The notes beneath the pieces are model-generated. The model was not told the DNA's origin. It saw only the letters and a program-made list of their open reading frames with translations, and did not search any database. Below, piece by piece: positions 16,827-26,565 of a DNA stretch of 64,000 nucleotides (position 1 is the stretch's first letter; each line of letters opens with the position of its first letter). The stretch comes from Thermoplasmata archaeon (GTDB lineage: Archaea; Thermoplasmatota; Thermoplasmata; Lutacidiplasmatales; UBA184). Location of the stretch: positions 32,001 through 96,000 of the forward strand of contig JAGWLG010000006.1 of NCBI GenBank assembly GCA_028864975.1. Reading direction: 5' to 3'. The position numbers and the translations under genes were made by a program.

Positions 16827-17665
16827 CAGTACCCCTCACGGTGGCCTTCTTGGAGGAGGCGCTTGTCGCCCCAGGCGAGCAGGGAGGTACGGTTCTCCAG
16901 GTTGAGCAGGACGTCCAACGGCCTTCCGTGGGAATCGGCGATGCCACCTCCCGCCTCCTTGAGGATGAGCACGGCCGCCGCGATGTCCGTGACTCGGAGG
17001 TTCAGCGACTGCGGCGAGTTGTCGGAGTAGTATCCGTCCGCGCCCCCTTGGGCCACCATCGCGATCTCGAAGGAAGCACACCCTAGCGAGCGGATCCGGC
17101 GGCTCCTTTGGGCGAGCGCATGGGCGCGCGTCGAGGCGTTGGTCCCGAGGTTGACGAAGAAGAGCTCCTCATGGGACACCCAAGGACGCGTTGCGAGCCG
17201 TCGCCCGTCCATCCAAGCTCCTCCCCCATCGGTCGCCCAGAACGTGATACCGGTATCGATGTCGTGCACCACGCCCACCCGCAGGTCGGAGAGCTTCTCC
17301 TTGCCGAGCGCCAGGGAGACCGTTGCAAAGGGCAGCCCACGCAACGCGTTGTGGCTCCCGTCCACGGGGTCCAGGACGAGCAGGTCATGGCCCCCGCGGT
17401 CGATGAAACCCAGTTCCTCCGAGAGCACGTTCCAAGGGATCCGTTCCTGCTCGAGGAAGGAGAGGACCTGGGCCTCCGCGACCCGGTCGAGTTGGGCGGT
17501 GGGGGAGCCGCTCGCCCCCATGGCGACCTCCCGCTCTTTGTGGGGGGAGGAGAGGACCTGGCGTACCGCGTTGTGCACCGCGTAGGAGAGGCGGACGAGG
17601 ATCTCCAGGTCCGACGCATTATCGACAGCGGTGGGCACGCCCTCGCGAGCCCTCCCCTCCACCAT
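16823..17665 (-). CDS. Inositol monophosphatase / FBPase-IMPase family protein
   Basis: SEE, DPVDGS, RSLGCAS and DIAAAVLILKEAGG motifs; 4-nt overlap with nadK start. Confidence 0.9.
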   Translation of the reverse strand: MVEGRAREGVPTAVDNASDLEILVRLSYAVHNAVRQVLSSPHKEREVAMGASGSPTAQLDRVAEAQVLSFLEQERIPWNVLSEELGFIDRGGHDLLVLDPVDGSHNALRGLPFATVSLALGKEKLSDLRVGVVHDIDTGITFWATDGGGAWMDGRRLATRPWVSHEELFFVNLGTNASTRAHALAQRSRRIRSLGCASFEIAMVAQGGADGYYSDNSPQSLNLRVTDIAAAVLILKEAGGGIADSHGRPLDVLLNLENRTSLLAWGDKRLLQEGHREGYW

Positions 17666-17747
17666 AACCCTTGCCGTGTTCAAGCGCGATGCCGTCGCGC
17701 CGACGGCCTCCCCGCCTCACCTCACGAGGCTCGGCGCCGGGCCCAAG

Positions 17748-17753
17748 CTTAAG
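17748..17753. promoter_or_regulatory. Palindromic TATA-like box (CTTAAG) between divergent IMPase and beta-CASP genes
   Basis: About 25 nt upstream of GTG 17777; only AT-rich element in the intergenic region. Confidence 0.45.
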
Positions 17754-17776
17754 ACGGACCCTGTCTGGGCCCCGAC

Positions 17777-19009
17777 GTGGAGATCCAGTTCCTAGGTGGA
17801 GCCGAACAGGTAGGGTCGCTGGGAATGGTCCTGCGCGACGGGACCCAGAAGGTGCTCTTTGACTACGGCATGACCCCGTCCGATCCCCCCGAGTACCCCT
17901 TGCCCGTGCCCTCGGGGGTCTCCCATTGCTTCCTCTCGCACTGCCACCTCGACCACTCCGGGATGGCCCCCGCCGCGACCCGAGGGCCCCACACCCAGAT
18001 GGTCACGACGGACCTCACTCGAACCGTGGCGGAGCTCCTGCTCATGGACTCGCTCAAGATCGCTCGAGCGGAGCGATACCCCGAGCCGTTCTCGTACAAG
18101 GAGCTCAAGAGCTGGACGTCCAAGACCGTCGGCATGCGCCGGAAGGAGTCCTTTAAGGTCAACGACGTGGAGGTCGACCTCACCTCGGCAGGTCATGTCC
18201 CCGGCGCCGCCATGTTCCGATGGCGTGGCTCGAAGGACCTCATCTTCACCGGGGACGTCCACACGCGCCCGACCCACTTGGTGCAAGGGGCGGAGCCGCT
18301 CGAGGCGGACATCCTCGTGATGGAAAGCACCTACGCCGGGCGGGAGCACCCCGACCGAGCGGAGGAGGACGACCGCTTCCGCAAGGAGGTGGAGACCATC
18401 GTCGGCGGAGGAGGGCAGGTGATCGTCCCCGCCTTCGCGGTCGGGCGCACCCAGGAGATCCTCATGACGCTCGCCGAGTGCAACTACGACATCTGGGTCG
18501 ACGGGATGGGACGCGCGGTCAACGAGATCTATCTTGACAACCCGAGCTACTTGCGGGACCCCAGGGCCCTACGGCGGGCGATCGAGTCGGCCTACATCGT
18601 CGAGGCGCCCTACGAGCGGGAGACCGCACTCTCCGAGGCGGAGGTCATCGTCACCACCGGAGGGATGCTGGACGGTGGGCCGGTCCTCCACTATCTGAAA
18701 GCGCTCCATCGGAATCCCAAGAACGCCCTTTTCCTCGTGGGTTTCCAGGTGGACGGCTCGAACGGTCGTCAGCTCCTGGATTCGGGAGCCATCACGTTCG
18801 ACGAGCGGACCCTCCGCCCGAAGCTTCAGATCAAGACGTTCGACTTCTCCTCCCACGCCGGGCACTCGGACCTCGTCGGTCTCGCGAAGGCCGTCCGACC
18901 GAAGACGATCGTGCTCATGCACGGCGACCATCGGGAGGCCCTTGCCGAGGAGCTTCGGAAGGAGTTCCAGGTCCTCATGCCCATGAACGGGGAGACGCTG
19001 ACGGTCTGA
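17777..19009 (+). CDS. Beta-CASP metallo-beta-lactamase ribonuclease (aCPSF-like, no KH domains)
   Basis: HCHLDH motif, AGHVPG, MESTY, PAFAVGRTQE, FSSHAGH. Confidence 0.9.
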   Translation: MEIQFLGGAEQVGSLGMVLRDGTQKVLFDYGMTPSDPPEYPLPVPSGVSHCFLSHCHLDHSGMAPAATRGPHTQMVTTDLTRTVAELLLMDSLKIARAERYPEPFSYKELKSWTSKTVGMRRKESFKVNDVEVDLTSAGHVPGAAMFRWRGSKDLIFTGDVHTRPTHLVQGAEPLEADILVMESTYAGREHPDRAEEDDRFRKEVETIVGGGGQVIVPAFAVGRTQEILMTLAECNYDIWVDGMGRAVNEIYLDNPSYLRDPRALRRAIESAYIVEAPYERETALSEAEVIVTTGGMLDGGPVLHYLKALHRNPKNALFLVGFQVDGSNGRQLLDSGAITFDERTLRPKLQIKTFDFSSHAGHSDLVGLAKAVRPKTIVLMHGDHREALAEELRKEFQVLMPMNGETLTV

Positions 19010-19045
19010 CCTCGGAACTCGGTGGGCCGACGGCCCTCCCCTGGT

Positions 19046-20116
19046 TCACTCGCGGATGGGTGGCAAGGGCGGAAGCTCGGTCCCTTCGCCCTTGAGCAGC
19101 CCCCCGACCCGACCCAGGAGCTCCTCGATGCCTTCCCCTGTGGTGCAGGAGATCTTGAGGCGTGTGGAAGGGGTGCGCTCGAGGTCGGCCTTGTTCTCCA
19201 CCTCGACAAAGGTCCGGTCGGGGAAGGCGTCTCGTAGGCGGAGAAGGAGTGCTTCCTGCTCCGAGAGCGGCCATCCGCAGGACCCCGAGGGGTCCAACAG
19301 GAAGACGACCACCTGTCCACTCTCCCGGATCGCAAGAAAGGCCTCGCGCTCGATTGGGTTACGCTCCTCCTCCGAGCGTTCCAGCATGCCCGGAGTGTCG
19401 ACGAACTGGGTCCGTCCGACCCGGCCGAGCTTGGCATGGCCCACCGCGACCGCGACGGTCGTGAAGGGATACGACGCGATCTTCGGGCGCGCGCGGGTCA
19501 GGCGCGCCAGCAGCGACGACTTCCCCACGTTCGGGTACCCCACCACGGCCACGGTCGACGCCTGGTCCTCAAGAGACGGGCGGTCGCGGAGCAAGCGCTC
19601 GCCTTCCTTCAGTCGAAGAAGGTCGGGGGCGACCTCGCGAATGAGGCTCGCCGATCGGCCGTAGTACCTCCGCACCGCTTGCGCGATCTCCTCCCGCTCG
19701 GCAAGCCGGGGCACTCGGCGTTCCTCTTCCGTGCGCAGACGAATGAGGCGCTCCTGAGCACGTCGGACCCGAAGCAGGGAGCGGTCGAGCGCGCCCGGCC
19801 CCCAACGGGCATCGAGGAGCGCCCTTCGGAACGCGCCCACCGACTCGGCGTCGCTCAGCGTCCGTGAACGGATGCGCAGCTGCCGGAGAAGGTTTCCCGA
19901 GGTACGTCCGATCTTCCGCAAGGCGAGCCGCCGCTGCCGTTCCAGAGCCGAGTCCCCTGAGGTGGCGACCTTCGCGGCCCGATGGAAGGCGAGCTCCAGC
20001 ATCTCCTGGACCAGCCGCTCCTCGGCCGTGGTCTCTCGAACTCCTCCCGAAGGATTCCCCCGAGTCGGGGTGGGGCGGGCTACCCTTCGCGGGCGGCCCC
20101 GAACGGTCGTACCCAT
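19046..20116 (-). CDS. NOG1-family ribosome biogenesis GTPase
   Basis: GYPNVGKSS, IASYPFTT, DTPG, NKAD; NOG1-type helical N-domain. Confidence 0.9.
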   Translation of the reverse strand: MGTTVRGRPRRVARPTPTRGNPSGGVRETTAEERLVQEMLELAFHRAAKVATSGDSALERQRRLALRKIGRTSGNLLRQLRIRSRTLSDAESVGAFRRALLDARWGPGALDRSLLRVRRAQERLIRLRTEEERRVPRLAEREEIAQAVRRYYGRSASLIREVAPDLLRLKEGERLLRDRPSLEDQASTVAVVGYPNVGKSSLLARLTRARPKIASYPFTTVAVAVGHAKLGRVGRTQFVDTPGMLERSEEERNPIEREAFLAIRESGQVVVFLLDPSGSCGWPLSEQEALLLRLRDAFPDRTFVEVENKADLERTPSTRLKISCTTGEGIEELLGRVGGLLKGEGTELPPLPPIRE

Positions 20117-20172
20117 GGCCCCTCGGGCAGGGTCCGCCGCTCGATAAAGCGGCTCCGGCTCGGGCGAGCGCC

Positions 20173-20979
20173 CTAGGGCAGGCGTTGCTGGAAGGTCCCG
20201 GGGCCGTAGTTCAGGGGTTCCAGCCCCATCTCCCTGCGGAACAGGTTCACGGACTCGGGTGCGAAGCCCGCGAAGTGATTGTTGAAGAAGACGAAGGCCC
20301 GTTCGACCCGCTGAGCTTCGGCGCGGAGCCTGTCCGACCAGAGACGGACCACGGGGGTACGGTCGACCCGCACCTCGCCATGGACCTCTTCAGGAACGGT
20401 GGTGTGGTCCCCGATGAACCGGAGATAAAGAAAGTCGGTCGTCACCTTGGGAGGGACTTCGACGTACGTCAGGTAGGACCAGACGAGCGCGATCTGGCGC
20501 CGGGAGAGCTCGCCAAGGAGCCAGGCCAGTTGGTCCCCTTCGAACCAGGCCCGGTCACGCAGCTCCAGAGCGTAACGGAGGTCGCCATCCAGGGCATCCA
20601 TGAGGGCGACCACGTGGTCTCGCGCCTTTCCAGGCCTGACCCATGGAGTGAACTGGAGCAAGATGGGTCCAAGTTTCTCTCCCAGGACCCGCGCCGTCCC
20701 GAGGAAGGCGCCCAATCGGTCGCGGTCGAGCGGGACCTTGGGGTCGAGGAAATCCCTCGTCAGTTTCAGGGTGAAGCGGAACGCTGGAGGGGTTCGAGAC
20801 CTCCAGCCCTCGATCATGCCCCTCGGCGGGGGTCGATAGTAGCTCGAGTCGACCTCGACGCTGTCGAACGACCGCGCGTACCACGCGAGGCGTTCGCTGT
20901 CCTTGAGGGTCTTCGGATAGACCCGACCCCACCATGCTTCGGAGGTCCAGGATGAGCAACCGATCCTGAGGTCGGCCAC
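20173..20979 (-). CDS. DUF72 domain protein
   Basis: IGCSSW, LAWYARSFDSVEVDSSYY, YLRFIG and FVFFNNH, typical of DUF72. Confidence 0.88.
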   Translation of the reverse strand: MADLRIGCSSWTSEAWWGRVYPKTLKDSERLAWYARSFDSVEVDSSYYRPPPRGMIEGWRSRTPPAFRFTLKLTRDFLDPKVPLDRDRLGAFLGTARVLGEKLGPILLQFTPWVRPGKARDHVVALMDALDGDLRYALELRDRAWFEGDQLAWLLGELSRRQIALVWSYLTYVEVPPKVTTDFLYLRFIGDHTTVPEEVHGEVRVDRTPVVRLWSDRLRAEAQRVERAFVFFNNHFAGFAPESVNLFRREMGLEPLNYGPGTFQQRLP

Positions 20980-21165
20980 GAGATGGGAGGGCGCCTCGAC
21001 TACGTGCCGTTTGCGCTGTCAGGTCGCTGACGGACGAACCGCTCGTGGGGAACCTGGAAGTTACCCCACGTTAGTGGCGTGAAGGGAAGGCCAGCGGCGC
21101 CCTCGGAGCTCCGGACGAAGGCGAGGGGCCGAGGTCCCGGGCGCACACCGAGAGGGACCGCCCAC

Positions 21166-21879
21166 CTACGCCAGCGGAGAAGATCCACCGCGCAGAAGCG
21201 TGGGGACCTCGCTGGCCTCGAGGGGGCGACGGTCCTCGATCCTCTCACAAAGGCGGAACACATCCCTTTGGAGGCTTCGGGTCTGTTCCCGCAGAGGATC
21301 GAGCCGGGTCTCGACGAGGTTGGTCAAGTGCCAGTCCGCCGCGGCCCACTCCGCTCCGCTCTTCGCTCCCTCCTCGGCCAGGGGGTCCGCCCGAAGGAGA
21401 CGGTCGGCGAGGTCGGTCGGGAAGTTCCCAGAGAACACTCCCCGGAGCTCAAAGGCCAGTCGAATGACCGAAGCTCGAGGGCTCGAGCGCGGGGCGGAGA
21501 GAAGCTCGCGCGCGAAGGCCAAGCTTTCCTGCGAGGTCGTCTGAAGCGCGGTGGCGATCGCCCCCAGCTCCTCCGAGACCGGTACGAGCGGGGCCAAGCA
21601 CCTCCCGGCTTGTAGGTCCCTCGAGAAGTCCTTCATGAGGTTCGCGACGCCCTCGAGCTTCGTTCCCAAGTCGACCTTCTCCCAGACGCGTAGGTCGCGG
21701 ACTCCGTCGTTCCCCATGAGCTCGAGGTCGGAGGCCAAGAGGTGGAGCGAGGTCGAGAGGGGCGGATTCTTGTCTCCCAGGTCCTGGAGCTCCGGCGACG
21801 GGCCGCTCACCGGCAGCGCCCGGACGCCCGAGACCAACCCCCGAAGGAGTCTCAGGGCCGGGTCCGCGCCCAAGGACAT
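21166..21879 (-). CDS. Hypothetical all-alpha protein
   Basis: 237-aa ORF from ATG with host-like codon usage, filling an otherwise empty region; no motif recognised. Confidence 0.6.
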   Translation of the reverse strand: MSLGADPALRLLRGLVSGVRALPVSGPSPELQDLGDKNPPLSTSLHLLASDLELMGNDGVRDLRVWEKVDLGTKLEGVANLMKDFSRDLQAGRCLAPLVPVSEELGAIATALQTTSQESLAFARELLSAPRSSPRASVIRLAFELRGVFSGNFPTDLADRLLRADPLAEEGAKSGAEWAAADWHLTNLVETRLDPLREQTRSLQRDVFRLCERIEDRRPLEASEVPTLLRGGSSPLA

Positions 21880-22055
21880 GACAGAAGGGCATTCGGCCTT
21901 CGAGTAGTTAATCGGTGGCTATCCGAGCGGAAATGCGACGAATCGTTGGCCCGTCCGTCCGAGGATTCGGGACGTGCGCGGGGACCTCCGGGGCTCGGTC
22001 GAGCCGACCGCGAGGACGAGGCGTACTTTCATAAGAGGACCCGCATGGCGGAAGC

Positions 22056-22346
22056 ATGGCCGGCATCGGTACCCTGCGCGCCAACTCGAACGCGAACATT
22101 GAGGCCACGATCACGGCCGTCTCCGCCCCCCGCCACGTGGTGACGTCCCGAGGACCCTCGGACGTCGCGGACGCCACGCTCCAAGACGAGACGGGAACGA
22201 TCACTTTCACGCTCTGGGGAGCCGACGTCAACAAGTACAAGGTGGGTCAGAAGGTCAAGATCAGCGACGGCTGGGTAAAGGAGTACCGAGGGAAGCTCCA
22301 GCTTTCGCTCGGGCGCAGCGGCTCGGTCACTATCCTCGGACCTTAG
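22056..22346 (+). CDS. Single OB-fold ssDNA-binding protein (SSB/RPA-like)
   Basis: VADATLQDETGTITFTLWG...GWVKEYRGKLQLSLGRSG OB-fold pattern; TATA-like TTTCATAA upstream. Confidence 0.88.
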   Translation: MAGIGTLRANSNANIEATITAVSAPRHVVTSRGPSDVADATLQDETGTITFTLWGADVNKYKVGQKVKISDGWVKEYRGKLQLSLGRSGSVTILGP

Positions 22347-22473
22347 GACGCCGACGTGGCCCGCCGCCGGGCGGGCGGTACGCATCTAGGGCCCTCCGGC
22401 GGACGCTCAGCGCAACGCCCCATCCCAAGACGATATACCCCCCTTCGGCTGCGAGGCCAACCGGGGCTCGAAC

Positions 22474-23862
22474 GTGGTCCGCTGGATTCCCGGTGACGGC
22501 GAAGAGGAGAAGGCGCTGCTCGCCGAGCTCGGGCTCTCCTCGATCGAGGAGCTGTTCCGGGACGTTCCGGCTGCGGCCCGAATGAGCAGGATGGGGCTCG
22601 GGGCCCCCCTCGAGGAGCCCGCGCTGGTCGCCGCGGTCGACCGTATTCTATCGAAGAACCAGACCCTGGGGTCCTTCGACGCGTTCCTGGGCTGCGGCCT
22701 CTACGACCGCTACGTTCCCGCGGTCGTGGACGGTATCCTCCAGCGCTCGGAGTTCTACACGGCCTACACGCCCTACCAGCCGGAGGCGAGCCAGGGCGTG
22801 CTCCAGACCCTCTTCGAGTTCCAATCCCTCTGGGTCGAGCTCACGGACATGGAAGTGGCGAACGCCTCGCTCTACGACGGCGCGACGGCCTTGGGCGAAG
22901 CGATGCTCATGGCCCGCCGCCTCGCTCCCGGCCACCGGTTCCTCGTTCCCTCGAACCTCTTCTGGGAGCGACGGAGCGTCCTGGAGAACTACACTCCACC
23001 GGGAGACTGCCAGCTCGTCGAGGTCCCGGTCGACTCCGGGACCGGTCGGCTGGACCTTGAGTTCATCGCGCGTGAGGCCCGCAACGACTGCTTCGGAGTG
23101 CTGGTCGAATACCCGGACTCCTACGGGATCGTTGAGGAAGGGCTCCTCGACCTGCGGCGCGCAATCGGCGATACCCCTCTCGTGGTTTCCACCGACCCGC
23201 TCGCGCTCACTCTGCTCGAGCCCCCCGGGGCGTGGGGAGCCGACATCGTGGTCGGCGAGGGACAGGGATTCGGGATCTCCCCCTCGTTCGGGGGCCCCCT
23301 TCTCGGCCTGATCGCGTCCCGCCACCGGTCGCTCCGCATGCTCCCCGGGCGCATCGTGGGGGCGACGACCGACGTGGAAGGTCGACGGGCGTTCACCCTC
23401 ACGCTTCAGGCCCGCGAACAGCACATCCGCCGCTCTCGTGCCACCTCGAACATCTGCACGAACCAGACGCTGATGTCGCTCGCCTTCCTGGCCTATGCGA
23501 CCGCCCTTGGTCCGAAGGGACTTGCCCGACTGGCAGGCGATCTGACCGAGAAGGCTCACCGACTCGCCTCTGCCCTCGCGCGTGTGCCCGGACTGGCTGC
23601 CCCGCTGTACGACGCTCCCTTCCTATGGGAGTTCGTGCTCGGCACGGGACGCTGGGACCCACGCGAGTTCCTCGAGGCCATGGAGCGGAGGGGGGTCCTC
23701 GCCGGGGTCTGGCCGGAAGACCCTCGCGCGGGCCGGCCCTCGCTCGCCTACAACGGGGTCCTGGTCGCCGCTGGGGAGCGAACGGACGATGAGGCCATCG
23801 AACGCTATCGGAAGGCCGCGGAGGCCGTGGTCAATCCCGCGCCGCCACCGGAGGAGCCATGA
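22474..23862 (+). CDS. gcvPA: Glycine dehydrogenase (decarboxylating) subunit 1
   Basis: EFYTAYTPYQPEASQG, ANASLYDG, FTLTLQAREQHIRR...ATSNICTNQ. Confidence 0.95.
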   Translation: MVRWIPGDGEEEKALLAELGLSSIEELFRDVPAAARMSRMGLGAPLEEPALVAAVDRILSKNQTLGSFDAFLGCGLYDRYVPAVVDGILQRSEFYTAYTPYQPEASQGVLQTLFEFQSLWVELTDMEVANASLYDGATALGEAMLMARRLAPGHRFLVPSNLFWERRSVLENYTPPGDCQLVEVPVDSGTGRLDLEFIAREARNDCFGVLVEYPDSYGIVEEGLLDLRRAIGDTPLVVSTDPLALTLLEPPGAWGADIVVGEGQGFGISPSFGGPLLGLIASRHRSLRMLPGRIVGATTDVEGRRAFTLTLQAREQHIRRSRATSNICTNQTLMSLAFLAYATALGPKGLARLAGDLTEKAHRLASALARVPGLAAPLYDAPFLWEFVLGTGRWDPREFLEAMERRGVLAGVWPEDPRAGRPSLAYNGVLVAAGERTDDEAIERYRKAAEAVVNPAPPPEEP

Positions 23863-25379
23863 GCTTCCGCCAGGCTCGCTGGGAGGAGCCTCTCCTCTGG
23901 GAGGTCCGAGAGCCCAAAGCCGGGACCCCTTCCTCGGAAGCGACCGCACGGCTTCCGGAGGCGGTCCGGCGCAGGAAGGGCTTCCGGTGGCCGGAGCTGA
24001 GCGAGCTTGAGGTAGCGCGCCACTTCACACGGCTCTCCCAGATGAACTTCGGGATCGAGACCTCCTTCTATCCTCTGGGCTCGTGCACGATGAAGTACAA
24101 TCCCCGCGTGAGCGAGGTCCTGGCCCGCCGTCCCGAGATCGCGGACGTCCACCCCTACCAGCCGGAAGGGACCGCTCAAGGTCTCCTGGCGATGCTTTGG
24201 GAGCTCGAACAAGGGCTTGGCCGGATCACCGGTCTGCCGAACGTTTCCCTGCAGATCGCGGCGGGCGCCCACGGCGAGTATGTCGCCTTGCGCATGACGG
24301 CGGCCTACCACCGGGACCACGGAGGCGGGGCCCGCGACCAGGTCCTTCTTCCGGACACCGCCCACGGGACGAACCCCGCCTCCGCTGCGATGGCGGGGTT
24401 CACGACGCGCGAGATACCATCCAAGAACGGCTGCGTGGACCTGGCCGCCCTGGAAGCAGCCTTGAGCGAGCGCACCGCGGCCTTCATGCTGACGAACCCG
24501 AACACGGCCGGGCTCTTCGAGGAACAGATCCTCGAGATCGCGGACCGGGTCCACAAGGCCGGCGCCATCCTGTACTACGACGGCGCGAACCTGAACGCTG
24601 TCCTGGGGAAGACCGGCCCTGGCAAGATGGGCTTCGATGTGGCCCACCTCAACCTGCACAAGACCTTCGCCACGCCCCACGGAGGTGGGGGCCCCGGCGA
24701 CGGAGCGCTCTGCGTGGGGGAGCGACTGAAGGACTACCTCCCCGTTCCTCGGATCGTCAAGAACGGGCGCAAGTTCCACCTTTCCTACGACTTCCCCAGG
24801 TCGATTGGGAAGGTCAAGACGGCATACGGGAACGTCGGGCTCGACCTTCGTGCGTTCGTTTTCATGAAGGCCCACGGTGAGGAGGGCCTGCGCAGGGTCT
24901 CCGAGCGAGCGGTGCTGAACTCGAACTACCTTGCGCACCGATTGGGGAAGCACCTCCCTCGGCCGTTCAAGCCCCTCGTGAAGCACGAGTTCCTTCTCTC
25001 GGGGGCCCCGCTCAGGGAACGGGGGGTGCGCACGCTGGACCTGGCCAAGCGGCTCTTGGACGAGGGGGTCCACGCGCCGACGATCTACTTCCCGTCGCTC
25101 GTCGAGGAGTCGCTCATGATCGAACCCCCCGAGACCGAGTCGAAGCGGGACCTCGACCAGTTCTTCGAGGCGTTCCTTCGCGCCCTCCAGGACTCTCCGG
25201 AACGGCTCCATGCAGCACCCATGAACCTGGCCGTCCGCCGCGTCGATGAGGTCAAGGCCGCTCGCGACCTCTTGCTCTCATGGAGGGACCTCGAGCGAGT
25301 CGGCAAGTTGGCAGGATCCCCCGACCCGTCGCCCTCGGTCAGCGGGACCGCAAAGCCCTCGCCTCTGCCGGCGAAGTAG
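23859..25379 (+). CDS. gcvPB: Glycine dehydrogenase (decarboxylating) subunit 2
   Basis: YPLGSCTMKYNP, AHGTNPASA, HLNLHKTFATPHGGGGPG (PLP lysine); 4-nt overlap with gcvPA. Confidence 0.95.
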   Translation: MSFRQARWEEPLLWEVREPKAGTPSSEATARLPEAVRRRKGFRWPELSELEVARHFTRLSQMNFGIETSFYPLGSCTMKYNPRVSEVLARRPEIADVHPYQPEGTAQGLLAMLWELEQGLGRITGLPNVSLQIAAGAHGEYVALRMTAAYHRDHGGGARDQVLLPDTAHGTNPASAAMAGFTTREIPSKNGCVDLAALEAALSERTAAFMLTNPNTAGLFEEQILEIADRVHKAGAILYYDGANLNAVLGKTGPGKMGFDVAHLNLHKTFATPHGGGGPGDGALCVGERLKDYLPVPRIVKNGRKFHLSYDFPRSIGKVKTAYGNVGLDLRAFVFMKAHGEEGLRRVSERAVLNSNYLAHRLGKHLPRPFKPLVKHEFLLSGAPLRERGVRTLDLAKRLLDEGVHAPTIYFPSLVEESLMIEPPETESKRDLDQFFEAFLRALQDSPERLHAAPMNLAVRRVDEVKAARDLLLSWRDLERVGKLAGSPDPSPSVSGTAKPSPLPAK

Positions 25380-25467
25380 ATGAGAACCGGCCGGTTCGGG
25401 CCCAGCGAGCCGAGGGCGGGGGCGCCCACACCAAACCTTTAACGAAGCCTCCCACCTCGGGGCGCCT

Positions 25468-26565
25468 ATGCGCGACCGCGTGAAGCGGATGTTCGGCAAG
25501 GCCGGCAAGCCCCTCGATGCGATGGTCTTCGTGAACTCCGTCGAGCCCCACCTTGACCAGACGTTCTTCTACGTCACGGACGTACCGAGCGGGCTCTTCG
25601 AGGGGTGCACCGCCGTGGCGTTCCCCGACGGCCGTGTCGAGATGTTCACCAGCGAGCTCGAGGCGGAGAGCGCACGGGCGGCCCCCGACGTCAACGTGAA
25701 CGTCTTCACGACCCGGGACGATCAGGCGAAGCAGCTCCAGAAACTGCTCGGCTCTTCCGGCAAGATCGGGCTCAACTTCCACGAGATCACCTACGAGAGC
25801 TTCCTCGGGCTCAAGAAGGAGGTTCCTCAGGGCGAGTGGTCGGATGTCTCGGAAGCGATCCGGAGGACCCGGGTGGTCAAGGACGCGAAGGAGATCGAGC
25901 GGCTTCGCGCGGCAGGACGCATCGGAACGAAGGTCGCCGAGGAGATCCCGAAGATGCTCAAGGTCGGGATGACCGAACTGGAGCTCGCGGCCGAGATGGA
26001 GCATCGCATGAACCTCCATGGCGCCGCCGGACGTTCCTTTGGCACCATCGTGGCCTTCGGAGCCCATGGCGCCGAGCCCCACTTCTCGCCCACGGACACG
26101 AAGCTCGCGAAGGGGACGACCATGGTGTGCGACTTCGGAGCGCTCTACCAGCGCTACTGCTCCGATATCACGCGCTCCTACGCTTTCGGTCGCCCCCCCG
26201 CCGACCGCAAAGCGATCCACGACAAGGTGGAGGAGGCCCAACGGGCCGCCTTTGACGCGATCCGCGCGGGAGTGCCAGCGAAGGAGCCGCACCTCGCCGC
26301 CGCGAAGGTCATCGACTCCTCCCCCTGGAAGGGTCGCTTCATCCACGGTCTGGGCCACTCCATCGGGCTTGCGGTCCACGATGGCTTTGGCATGAACGGC
26401 CGCAACGAGGAGCTGCTCGAGGAGGGGATGTGCCTCACGGTCGAGCCGGGGATCTATGTTCCCGGGGTCGGCGGCGTCCGCATCGAGGACGACATCCTCG
26501 TGACCAAGAAGGGCTACGAGCCCCTGACCACCGCCCCCCGAGGGTATCTCGAGGTGGGGCGGTGA
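25468..26565 (+). CDS. pepQ: Xaa-Pro dipeptidase/aminopeptidase (M24B)
   Basis: DFGA, YCSDITR, HGLGHSIGLAVHD, TVEPGIY, GVRIEDD. Confidence 0.92.
   Translation: MRDRVKRMFGKAGKPLDAMVFVNSVEPHLDQTFFYVTDVPSGLFEGCTAVAFPDGRVEMFTSELEAESARAAPDVNVNVFTTRDDQAKQLQKLLGSSGKIGLNFHEITYESFLGLKKEVPQGEWSDVSEAIRRTRVVKDAKEIERLRAAGRIGTKVAEEIPKMLKVGMTELELAAEMEHRMNLHGAAGRSFGTIVAFGAHGAEPHFSPTDTKLAKGTTMVCDFGALYQRYCSDITRSYAFGRPPADRKAIHDKVEEAQRAAFDAIRAGVPAKEPHLAAAKVIDSSPWKGRFIHGLGHSIGLAVHDGFGMNGRNEELLEEGMCLTVEPGIYVPGVGGVRIEDDILVTKKGYEPLTTAPRGYLEVGR

Noticed and set aside
21044-21070. GTTCCCCACG / CGTGGGG resembling a type I-E CRISPR repeat
   Set aside because: Single copy, arms in the wrong order for such a repeat, no spacers and no cas genes.
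22474-25379. gcvPA/gcvPB without gcvT/gcvH
   Set aside because: Dispersed glycine-cleavage genes are common in archaea; not unusual.
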